From Eledone cirrhosa (taxonomy: Eukaryota), in NCBI GenBank assembly GCA_964016885.1, contig OZ024745.1, positions 1,240,001 to 1,304,000 on the forward strand: a stretch of 64,000 nucleotides of DNA, read 5' to 3'. Shown here piece by piece: positions 52,218-64,000 of the stretch (within the stretch, counting starts at the first letter, position 1; each line of letters starts with the position of its first letter). The notes below the pieces were generated by a model. That model did no database searches. It saw only the letters and a list, made by a program, of their open reading frames with translations, and was not told the origin of the DNA. Position numbers and translations under genes: made by a program.

Positions 52218-53076
52218 GAGAGAGAGAGAAGAGAGCAGTAGATGTATATAACATAGATTTGTACATTTTGTTGGGGAGTATTCAGGAGAATAGAGCTCGG
52301 TTGATTAGTGATTATTTGTTGATATTTAAACTTTCCTCACATAATATATAGTGGGCAAACCATGATGTATGTATGCATGTATGTGTGTGTGTGTGTGTAT
52401 CTATATATGTGTGTGTGTGTATGTGTGTATGTATGTATGTGTGTGTATGTGTGTGAGTGTGTGTGTGTATGTATGTATATATGTATGTATGTATGTGTAT
52501 GTATGTGTGTATGTATGTATGTATGTGTGTATGTATGTGTATATGTATGTGTGTGTGTGTGTGTGTGTATGTATGTGTGTATGTATGTATGTGCGTATAT
52601 ATATGTATGTTAGTAATAACAGTCGTGAGAATGAGTACTCAATACCATAGTAGAGATTAATATTTTCTTTGTTGCGGCCAAGTTAAAGTTGTACTACTTT
52701 GGAGTCTTGCCTGTATATACACTGTATATACACCTGTATATACACTTGTCTGATATACACAGACAAGACTCCAAAGTAACAGAGTAACAGACTTAAACTT
52801 CGTCAAAATAAAGAAATTATATCAATCATTTTTACGTCTGCTTTTCCATACTTGCATATATATAATTCACACACAACCCATACACGATGGCTGCCCCCTC
52901 GTTTTCGAGTATGACCATTGTATGATTTAAAAAAAAAAAAAAAAAAAATACACACACATATATATTAATAATTAACGTTGCTGCAATCAAATGTGGCTTT
53001 TTAGCCCAGCCAATGATCTAACATACATATATATATATATATATATATAATATATATATATATATATAATATATAT

Positions 53077-53122
<46 letters not shown>

Positions 53123-53153
53123 GGTGTGTATATATATATATATTATATATATA

Positions 53154-53720
53154 TATTTATTAAAATAACAGATTAAAGTTTAAGCAAAGAATCGCTGCTT
53201 TCACCCTTAACGGGATCTTCTGAAACTAACAAAGTCAATCTGTAAACGCAGAAGTGGATATTTCAAAAAACGTTGCAACCGGAGGAAGACAGGAAGACGA
53301 TACTTTGGTTCATGGTGACGTTCGCTGGCAAAGAACGGGAAAAAACGAATAATACGTCATTAATAGGAACGGTGAAAAACAATTACTCGCAAAGACAGAA
53401 CCACGTTTATGGTATAAAAGAAGAAGTAGACTAATATTCTCTTAGGTGGTGCATAGAGACGTTCTCGCCACGAACCAAAGTATCGTCTTCCTGTCTTCCT
53501 CCGGTTGCAACGTTTTTTGAAATATCCACTTCTGCGTTTACAGATTGACTTTGTTAGTTTCAGAAGATCCCGTTAAGGGTGAAAGCAGCGATTCTTTGCT
53601 TAAACTTTAATCTGTTATTTTAATAAATATTTGCTCTATGGTTCTTATATATTTGATCTATATTTATCCTTATCGAGCCCTCTTTGGATTTTAGTCTTCA
53701 AATTTATTATTATTACTATA
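53154..53720. mobile_element. Inverted pair of PLE2 pseudo-LTRs with no coding sequence, inserted in (TA)n
   Basis: 53154-53465 is an inverted match to 40545-40855. 53468-53720 is a direct match plus the tail seen inverted at 38928-39015. Confidence 0.88.
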
Positions 53721-53766
53721 TATATATATATATGTATATAGATAGATATATGTGTATATATGTGTG

Positions 53767-53799
<33 letters not shown>

Positions 53800-53868
53800 G
53801 TATGTATATATATATACATATGTATGTATATATATATATACATATATATATAATATATATATATGTTA

Positions 53869-53974
53869 GTGAACGTAGAGTATCTACTGCGAGTTTGGTG
53901 GTTTCTGCTAGTTACCTTTTGAGAAGAGGTAACTAGCAGAAACGACTTAGCTTGTAGTAGACACTCTACTTTCA
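53869..53974. repeat. Foldback hairpin at the start of a pLTR-like relic
   Basis: Perfect stem gtttctgctagttacct/aggtaactagcagaaac, plus outer gtagagt.tctac/gtaga.actctac pairing. The downstream atgtattgagtac matches 44415. Confidence 0.75.
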
Positions 53975-54049
53975 CTGATATACCCACTCTACATGTATTG
54001 AGTACTTCTTTCATTTGTAGTCTTCCTAGTCCCAGTAACACAGACTATC

Positions 54050-54242
54050 AATATATAATTATATAATATATATATAATTTATATATAATATATATAATAT
54101 ATAATTTATAAATAATGTATATATATATTATATAATATATATAAATAATTTATATATATTATATAATATATATATAATTTATATATAATATATTATCTAT
54201 AAATATATTATATATAAATTATATAATATATATATTATATAG

Positions 54243-54273
<31 letters not shown>

Positions 54274-54603
54274 ATATATATATACATTATATAATATATA
54301 TATTATATAATATATATATTATATAATATATACATTATATAATATATATATTATATAATATATATATTATATAATGTATATATATATAATATATATTATA
54401 TAATATATATATACATTATATATATTATATAATATATATATATATATATAATATATTATATTATATATATACATTATATAATATATATATATATATATAT
54501 AATATATATATATACATTATATAATATATATATATACATTATATAATATATATATATATATTATATAATATTATATATATATTATATAATATATATATAT
54601 AAT
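54050..54603. repeat. Almost pure A/T low-complexity tract
   Basis: Seen directly. Other microsatellite blocks lie at 47970-48350, 52365-52610 and 53025-53155. Confidence 0.95.
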
Positions 54604-55034
54604 GAATCTCAATCAATGATTATCAGTTGGCAGGAGTTGAGCAGTAGACAGATATGTACATTGGTTAACATGAAGAAATATAACATTAGTAATCTTGCTT
54701 CTGTTCTTATTGTTATTGCTGTTGTTGTTGTTGTTGTGTGAGAGTCAAGTCGATGAATAGAATCAAAATAATAAGAAATTTCAAGGAGGTGATGGTAAGT
54801 TGGACCTCTTGCAGATGCGGAAAATACTTGCAAAATATTAATCTATCATAGCAGACTGTTGGTTTCAAGCCCAGACCTGGAAAGGAGAAATAATTGAGTA
54901 AAAGTGAATATCCACAATATGGCTGAAATAATGTACTTGGATAGCTGGTTTATTGGACTTTCCAACAGTGGGTGTCTTATAAAAAGTGGTACCCAATTGG
55001 CAAGCAAATATGGTGCTTCAGGGCAGTGACTTAC

Positions 55035-55495
55035 CTCATCACTGTTTTACGTCCGTTCTTCCATGCTAGCATGGGTTAGACGGGTTGTCCTGTTGTGGGC
55101 AGTGTCTGGTCGGCTGACCATGCCTTGCTCATACAGGAACTGATTTTGGCTTGATTTCTACAGCTGGATGTCTTTCCTACCACCAACCTCATTTACAGTG
55201 AGTGCTGGGTGCTTTTTTTCTGTGGCGCCTACACCTTTTTATGCAGCTGTCATCCTTCATACGCATCACATGTCCATACCAACGCAACCGCCTCTCCTGC
55301 ACACAGCATATAATTCCTCTTATGCTCAGTCTCTCTCTCAATTCATTTCTGCTTTGCCGTTAGCGTATATTACTATTACACATCCATCGGAGCATGCAGG
55401 CTTCGTTTCTCTCTAATCTACGCAAGTCTTCCACCTTCAGTGCACAGGTCTCACTACCATGTAACATAGCTGTTCGTATACACACATCATACATA
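55035..55495 (-). mobile_element. RTE-type LINE 3' end (ORF remnant and tail)
   Basis: Minus strand encodes LRERLSIRGIICCVQERRLRWYGHVMRMKDDSC, followed by the shared tail. Confidence 0.75.
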
Positions 55496-55740
55496 CTAAA
55501 TATAGTAGGGTTTCACATACGTAATATACAGTGAATTGAAGAATTATCTAAGCCATTATTTATAAAAAAAACAAAAAAAATAAAACAAGCAAGGATTTAA
55601 CGCTAATAATATCAATAGATCAACATGTTAATAGATCAACAGGATAAACAATACAGACAATGCTAATTATAAAGAATTGGAAAAATGGCTATCAGTTGAT
55701 TTGATGGGAATTAACTCTTGTTTATTGTATTTTGACTTGA

Positions 55741-58700
55741 TTTCTACAGCTGGCTGTCCTTCCTATTACCAACCACATTACAGTGTGGACTGGGAGACAG
55801 GTTTCTACAGCTGGCTGTCCTTCCTAACACCAACCACACTACAGTGTGGACTGGGAGACAGGTATCTACAGCTGGCTGTCCTTCCTAACACCAACCACAT
55901 TACAGTGTGGACTGGGAGACAGGTTTCTACAGCTGGCTGTCCTTGCTAACACCAACCACATTACAGTGTGGACTGGGAGACAGGTATCTACAGCTGGCTG
56001 TTCTTCCTAACACCAACCACACTACAGTGTGGACTGGGAGAAAGGTATCTACAGCTGGCTGTCCTTCCTAACACCAACCACATTACAGTGTGGACTGGGA
56101 GACAGGTTTCTACAGCTGGCTGTCCTTCCTAACACCAACCAACTACAGTGTGGACAGGGAGAAAGGTTTCTACAGCTGGCTGTCCTTCCTAACACCAACC
56201 ACACAACAGTGTGGACTGGGAGACAGGTATCTACAGCTGGCTGTCCTTCCTAACACCAACCACACTACAGTGTAGACTGGGAGAAAGGTATCTACAGCTG
56301 GCTGTCCTTCCTAACACCAACCACACTACAGTGTGGACTGGGAGACAGGTTTCTACAGCTGGCTGTCCTTCCTAACACCAACCACATTACAGTGTGGACT
56401 GGGAGACAGGTATCTACAGCTGGCTGTCCTTCCTAACACCAACCACACTACAGTGTGGACTGGGAGACAGGTTTCTACAGCTGGCTGTCCTACCTAACAC
56501 CAACCACATTACAGTGTGAACTGGGAGACAGGTTTCTACAGCTGGCTGTCCTTCCTAACACCAACCACACTACAGTGTGGACTGGGAGAAAGGTATCTAC
56601 AGCTGGCTGTCCTTCCTAACACCAACCACATTACAGTGTGGACTGGGAGAAAGGTATCTACAGCTGGCTGTCCTTCCTAACACCAACCACACTACAGTGT
56701 GGACTGGGAGAAAGGTATCTACAGCTGGCTGTCCTTCCTAACACCAACCACACTACAGTGTGGACTGGGAGACAGGTTTCTACAGCTGGCTGTCCTTCCT
56801 AACACCAACCACATTACAGTGTGGACTGGGAGACAGGTTTCTACAGCTGGCTGTCCTTCCTAACACCAACCAACTACAGTGTGGACAGGGAGAAAGGTTT
56901 CTACAGCTGGCTGTCCTTCCTAACACCAACCACACAACAGTGTGGACTGGGAGACAGGTATCTACAGCTGGCTGTCCTTCCTAACACCAACCACACTACA
57001 GTGTAGACTGGGAGAAAGGTATCTACAGCTGGCTGTCCTTCCTAACACCAACCACACTACAGTGTGGACTGGGAGACAGGTTTCTACAGCTGGCTGTCCT
57101 TCCTAACACCAACCACACAACAGTGTGGACTGGGAGACAGGTATCTACAGCTGGCTGTCCTTCCTAACACCAACCACACTACAGTGTGGACTGGGAGACA
57201 GGTTTCTACAGTTGGCTGTCCTACCTAACACCAACCACATTACAGTGTGAACTGGGAGACAGGTTTCTACAGCTGGCTGTCCTTCCTAACACCAACCACA
57301 CTACAGTGTGGACTGGGAGAAAGGTATCTACAGCTGGCTGTCCTTCCTAACACCAACCACATTACAGTGTGGACTGGGAGAAAGGTATCTACAGCTGGCT
57401 GTCCTTCCTAACACCAACCACACTACAGTGTGGACTGGGAGACAGGTTACTACAGCTGGCTATCCTTCCTAACACCAACCACACTACAGTGTGGACTGGG
57501 AGACAGGTTTCTACAGCTGGCTGTCCTTCCTAACACCAACCACACTACAGTGTGGACTGGGAGAAAGGTATCTACAGCTGTCTGTCCTTCCTAACACCAA
57601 CCACATTACAGTGTGGACTGGGAGAAAGGTATCTACAGCTGGCTGTCCTTCCTAACACCAACCACATTACAGTGTGGACTGGGAGACAGGTATCTACAGC
57701 TGGCTGTCCTTCCTAACACCAACCACATTACAGTGTGGACTGGGAGAAAGGTATCTACAGCTGGCTGTCCTTCCTAACACCAACCACACAACAGTGTGGA
57801 CTGGGAGACAGGTATCTACAGCTGGCTGTCCTTCCTAACACCAACCACACAACAGTGTGGACTGGGAGACAGGTATCTACAGCTGGCTGTCCTTCCTAAC
57901 ACCAACCACACTACAGTGTGGACTGGGAGAAAGGTATCTACAGCTGGCTGTCCTTCCTAACACCAACCACATTACAGTGTGGACTGGGAGACAGGTATCT
58001 ACAGCTGGCTGCCCTTCCTAACACCAACCACACTACAGTGTGGACTGGGAGAAAGGTATCTACAGCTGGCTGTCCTTCCTAACACCAACCACACTACAGT
58101 GTGGACTGGGAGACAGTTTTCTACAGCTGGCTGTCCTTCCTAACACCAACCACATTACAGTGTGGACTGGGAGACAGGTATCTACAGCTGGCTGTCCTTC
58201 CTAACACCAACCACACTACAGTGTGGACTGGGAGAAAGGTATCTACAGCTGGCTGTCCTTCCTAACACCAACCACACTACAGTGTGGACTGGGAGAAAGG
58301 TTTCTACAGCTGGCTGTCCTTCCTAACACCAACCACATTACAGTGTGGACTGGGAGACAGTTTTCTACAGCTGGCTGTCCTTCCTAACACCAACCACATT
58401 ACAGTGTGGACTGGGAGACAGGTATCTACAGCTGGCTGTCCTTCCTAACACCAACCACACTACAGTGTGGACTGGGAGAAAGGTATCTACAGCTGGCTGT
58501 CCTTCCTAACACCAACCACACTACAGTGTGGACTGGGAGACAGGTTTCTACAGCTGGCTGTCCTTCCTAACACCAACCACATTACAGTGTGGACTGGGAG
58601 ACAGGTATCTACAGCTGGCTGTCCTTCCTAACACCAACCACACTACAGTGTGGACTGGGAGAAAGGTATCTACAGCTGGCTGTCCTTCCTAACACCAACC

Positions 58701-61700
58701 ACACTACAGTGTGGACTGGGAGACAGGTTTCTACAGCTGGCTGTCCTTCCTAACACCAACCACACTACAGTGTGGACTGGGTGACAGGTTTCTACAGCTG
58801 GCTGTCCTTCCTAACACCAACCACATTACAGTGTGGACTGGGAGAAAGGTATCTACAGCTGGCTGTCCTTCCTAACACCAACCACACTACAGTGTGGACT
58901 GGGTGACAGGTTTCTACAGCTGGCTGTCCTTCCTAACACCAACCACACTACAGTGTGGACTGGGTGACAGGTTTCTACAGCTGGCTGTCCTTCCTAACAC
59001 CAACCACACTACAGTGTGGACTGGGTGACAGTGTATCTACAGCTGGCTGTCCTTCCTAACACCAACCACACTACAGTGTGGACTGGGTGACAGGTTTCTA
59101 CAGCTGGCTGTCCTTCCTAACACCAACCACATTACAGTGTGGACTGGGAGACAGGTTTCTACAGCTGGCTGTCCTTCCTAACACCAACCACACTACAGTG
59201 TGGACTGGGAGACAGGTTTCTACAGCTGGCTGTCCTTCCTAACACCAACCACACTACAGTGTGGACTGGGTGACAGGTTTCTACAGCTGGCTGTCCTTCC
59301 TAACACCAACCACACTACAGTGTGGACTGGGAGAAAGGTATCTACAGCTGGCTGTCCTTCCTAACACCAACCACACTACAGTGTGGACTGGGAGACAGGT
59401 TTCTACAGCTGGCTGTCCTTCCTAACACCAACCACACTACAGTGTGGACTGGGTGACAGGTTTCTACAGCTGGCTGTCCTTCCTAACACCAACCACATTA
59501 CAGTGTGGACTGGGAGAAAGGTATCTACAGCTGGCTGTCCTTCCTAACACCAACCACACTACAGTGTGGACTGGGTGACAGGTTTCTACAGCTGGCTGTC
59601 CTTCCTAACACCAACCACACTACAGTGTGGACTGGGTGACAGGTTTCTACAGCTGGCTGTCCTTCCTAACACCAACCACACTACAGTGTGGACTGGGTGA
59701 CAGGTATCTACAGCTGGCTGTCCTTCCTAACACCAACCACACTACAGTGTGGACTGGGTGACAGGTTTCTACAGCTGGCTGTCCTTCCTAACACCAACCA
59801 CATTACAGTGTGGACTGGGAGACAGGTTTCTACAGCTGGCTGTCCTTCCTAACACCAACCACACTACAGTGTGGACTGGGAGACAGGTTTCTACAGCTGG
59901 CTGTCCTTCCTAACACCAACCACACTACAGTGTGGACTGGGTGACAGGTTTCTACAGCTGGCTGTCCTTCCTAACACCAACCACATTACAGTGTGGACTG
60001 GGAGAAAGGTATCTACAGCTGGCTGTCCTTCCTAACACCAACCACACTACAGTGTGGACTGGGTGACAGGTTTCTACAGCTGGCTGTCCTTCCTAACACC
60101 AACCACACTACAGTGTGGACTGGGTGACAGGTTTCTACAGCTGGCTGTCCTTCCTAACACCAACCACACTACAGTGTGGACTGGGTGACAGGTATCTACA
60201 GCTGGCTGTCCTTCCTAACACCAACCACACTACAGTGTGGACTGGGTGACAGGTTTCTACAGCTGGCTGTCCTTCCTAACACCAACCACATTACAGTGTG
60301 GACTGGGAGACAGGTATCTACAGCTGGCTGTCCTTCCTAACACCAACCACACTACAGTGTGGACTGGGAGAAAGGTATCTACAGCTGGCTGTCCTTCCTA
60401 ACACCAACCACATTACAGTGTGGACTGGGAGACAGGTATCTACAGCTGGTTGCCCTTCCTAACACCAACCACATTACAGTGTGGACTGGGAGAAAGGTAT
60501 CTACAGCTGGCTGTCCTTCCTAACACCAACCACACTACAGTGTGGACTGGGAGAAAGGTATCTACAGCTGGCTGTCCTACCTAACACCAACCACACTACA
60601 GTGTGGACTGGGAGACAGGTATCTACAGCTGGCTGTCCTACCTAACACCAACCACATTACAGTGTGGACTGGGAGACAGGTTTCTACAGCTGGCTGTCCT
60701 ACCTAACACCAACCACACCACAGTGTGGACTGGGAGACAGGTATCTACAGCTGGCTGTCCTTCCTAACACCAACCACATTACAGTGTGGACTGGGAGACA
60801 GGTTTCTACAGCTGGCTGTCCTACCTAACACCAACCACATTACAGTGTGGACTGGGAGACAGGTATCTACAGCTGGCTGTCCTACCTAACACCAACCACA
60901 TTACAGTGTGGACTGGGAGACAGGTTTCTACAGCTGGCTGTCCTTCCTAACACCAACCACATTACAGTGTGGACTGGGAGACAGGTATCTACAGCTGGCT
61001 GCCCTTCCTACCACCAACCACATTACAGTGTGGACTGGGAGACAGGTATCTACAGCTGGCTGTCCTTCCTAACACCAACCACATTACAGTGTGGACTGGG
61101 AGAAAGGTATCTACAGCTGGCTGTCCTTCCTAACACCAACCACACAACAGTGTGGACTGGGAGACAGGTATCTACAGCTGGCTGTCCTTCCTAACACCAA
61201 CCACACTACAGTGTGGACTGGGAGACAGGTATCTACAGCTGGCTGTCCTTCCTAACACCAACCACACTACAGTGTGGACTGGGAGAAAGGTATCTACAGC
61301 TGGCTGTCCTTCCTAACACCAACCACACTACAGTGTGGACTGGGAGAAAGGTTTCTACAGCTGGCTGTCCTTCCTAACACCAACCACATTACAGTGTGGA
61401 CTGGGAGACAGGTTTCTACAGCTGGCTGTCCTTCCTAACACCAACCACATTACAGTGTGGACTGGGAGACAGGTATCTACAGCTGGCTGTCCTTCCTAAC
61501 ACCAACCACACTACAGTGTGGACTGGGAGAAAGGTATCTACAGCTGGCTGTCCTTCCTAACACCAACCACACTACAGTGTGGACTGGGAGACAGGTTTCT
61601 ACAGCTGGCTGTCCTTCCTAACACCAACCACATTACAGTGTGGACTGGGAGACAGGTATCTACAGCTGGCTGTCCTTCCTAACACCAACCACACTACAGT

Positions 61701-64000
61701 GTGGACTGGGAGAAAGGTATCTACAGCTGGCTGTCCTTCCTAACACCAACCACATTACAGTGTGGACTGGGAGACAGGTATCTACAGCTGGCTGTCCTTC
61801 CTAACACCAACCACACTACAGTGTGGACTGGGAGAAAGGTATCTACAGCTGGCTGTCCTTCCTAACACCAACCACATTACAGTGTGGACTGGGAGACAGG
61901 TATCTACAGCTGGCTGCCCTTCCTAACACCAACCACATTACAGTGTGGACTGGGAGAAAGGTATCTACAGCTGGCTGTCCTTCCTAACACCAACCACACT
62001 ACAGTGTGGACTGGGAGAAAGGTATCTACAGCTGGCTGTCCTTCCTAACACCAACCACACTACAGTGTGGACTGGGAGACAGTTTTCTACAGCTGGCTGT
62101 CCTTCCTAACACCAACCACATTACAGTGTGGACTGGGAGACAGGTATCTACAGCTGGCTGTCCTTCCTAACACCAACCACACTACAGTGTGGACTGGGAG
62201 AAAGGTATCTACAGCTGGCTGTCCTTCCTAACACCAACCACACTACAGTGTGGACTGGGAGAAAGGTTTCTACAGCTGGCTGTCCTTCCTAACACCAACC
62301 ACATTACAGTGTGGACTGGGAGACAGTTTTCTACAGCTGGCTGTCCTTCCTAACACCAACCACATTACAGTGTGGACTGGGAGACAGGTATCTACAGCTG
62401 GCTGTCCTTCCTAACACCAACCACACTACAGTGTGGACTGGGAGAAAGGTATCTACAGCTGGCTGTCCTTCCTAACACCAACCACACTACAGTGTGGACT
62501 GGGAGACAGGTTTCTACAGCTGGCTGTCCTTCCTAACACCAACCACATTACAGTGTGGACTGGGAGACAGGTATCTACAGCTGGCTGTCCTTCCTAACAC
62601 CAACCACACTACAGTGTGGACTGGGAGAAAGGTATCTACAGCTGGCTGTCCTTCCTAACACCAACCACACTACAGTGTGGACTGGGAGACAGGTTTCTAC
62701 AGCTGGCTGTCCTTCCTAACACCAACCACACTACAGTGTGGACTGGGTGACAGGTTTCTACAGCTGGCTGTCCTTCCTAACACCAACCACATTACAGTGT
62801 GGACTGGGAGAAAGGTATCTACAGCTGGCTGTCCTTCCTAACACCAACCACACTACAGTGTGGACTGGGTGACAGGTTTCTACAGCTGGCTGTCCTTCCT
62901 AACACCAACCACACTACAGTGTGGACTGGGTGACAGGTTTCTACAGCTGGCTGTCCTTCCTAACACCAACCACACTACAGTGTGGACTGGGTGACAGTGT
63001 ATCTACAGCTGGCTGTCCTTCCTAACACCAACCACACTACAGTGTGGACTGGGTGACAGGTTTCTACAGCTGGCTGTCCTTCCTAACACCAACCACATTA
63101 CAGTGTGGACTGGGAGACAGGTTTCTACAGCTGGCTGTCCTTCCTAACACCAACCACACTACAGTGTGGACTGGGAGACAGGTTTCTACAGCTGGCTGTC
63201 CTTCCTAACACCAACCACACTACAGTGTGGACTGGGTGACAGGTTTCTACAGCTGGCTGTCCTTCCTAACACCAACCACACTACAGTGTGGACTGGGAGA
63301 AAGGTATCTACAGCTGGCTGTCCTTCCTAACACCAACCACACTACAGTGTGGACTGGGAGACAGGTTTCTACAGCTGGCTGTCCTTCCTAACACCAACCA
63401 CACTACAGTGTGGACTGGGTGACAGGTTTCTACAGCTGGCTGTCCTTCCTAACACCAACCACATTACAGTGTGGACTGGGAGAAAGGTATCTACAGCTGG
63501 CTGTCCTTCCTAACACCAACCACACTACAGTGTGGACTGGGTGACAGGTTTCTACAGCTGGCTGTCCTTCCTAACACCAACCACACTACAGTGTGGACTG
63601 GGTGACAGGTTTCTACAGCTGGCTGTCCTTCCTAACACCAACCACACTACAGTGTGGACTGGGTGACAGGTATCTACAGCTGGCTGTCCTTCCTAACACC
63701 AACCACACTACAGTGTGGACTGGGTGACAGGTTTCTACAGCTGGCTGTCCTTCCTAACACCAACCACATTACAGTGTGGACTGGGAGACAGGTTTCTACA
63801 GCTGGCTGTCCTTCCTAACACCAACCACACTACAGTGTGGACTGGGAGACAGGTTTCTACAGCTGGCTGTCCTTCCTAACACCAACCACACTACAGTGTG
63901 GACTGGGTGACAGGTTTCTACAGCTGGCTGTCCTTCCTAACACCAACCACATTACAGTGTGGACTGGGAGAAAGGTATCTACAGCTGGCTGTCCTTCCTA
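55741..64000. repeat. Satellite array, 61-bp unit, at least about 135 copies, running off the window
   Basis: Unit ctacagctggctgtccttcctaacaccaaccaca(c/t)tacagtgtggactggg(a/t)ga(c/a)aggt(a/t)t. Confidence 0.98.

Noticed and set aside
55741-64000. Minus-strand acagc(ca)gctgt-a-GAAAC-ct-GTC in the satellite, as a hammerhead
   Set aside because: There is no CUGANGA-like strand (it reads taggaagg), and GAAAC varies to GATAC in many units.

Overview
AT-rich eukaryotic (animal) DNA, dominated by repeats. The repeat families suggest a cephalopod such as Octopus, which is an inference. The window holds the last five readable coding exons of an unidentified + strand gene (4962-22412), whose protein has a 17-aa GNPGAVVPPANNN repeat and a region rich in N-glycosylation sequons. 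An uninterrupted Penelope-like reverse-transcriptase ORF (minus strand, 1956 to the window edge, 652 codons, absent from the ORF track) lies antisense in that gene's upstream intron. A second, decayed Penelope-like element carries a GIY-YIG endonuclease remnant and inverted pseudo-LTRs. About ten type-I hammerhead-ribozyme motifs of several sequence families are present, some with variant cores (U4C, U4A) and several inside foldback palindromes. Other content: CR1/L2 and RTE LINE fragments, including an RTE insertion with a 5' inversion, a 10-bp target-site duplication (TSD) and a locally templated filler; two tRNA-derived SINE families; piggyBac-like and Tc1/mariner-like MITEs; and many minisatellites, two visibly derived from retroelement sequence. 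No CRISPR array, rRNA or true tRNA gene is supported. All translations, folds and counts were done by eye.
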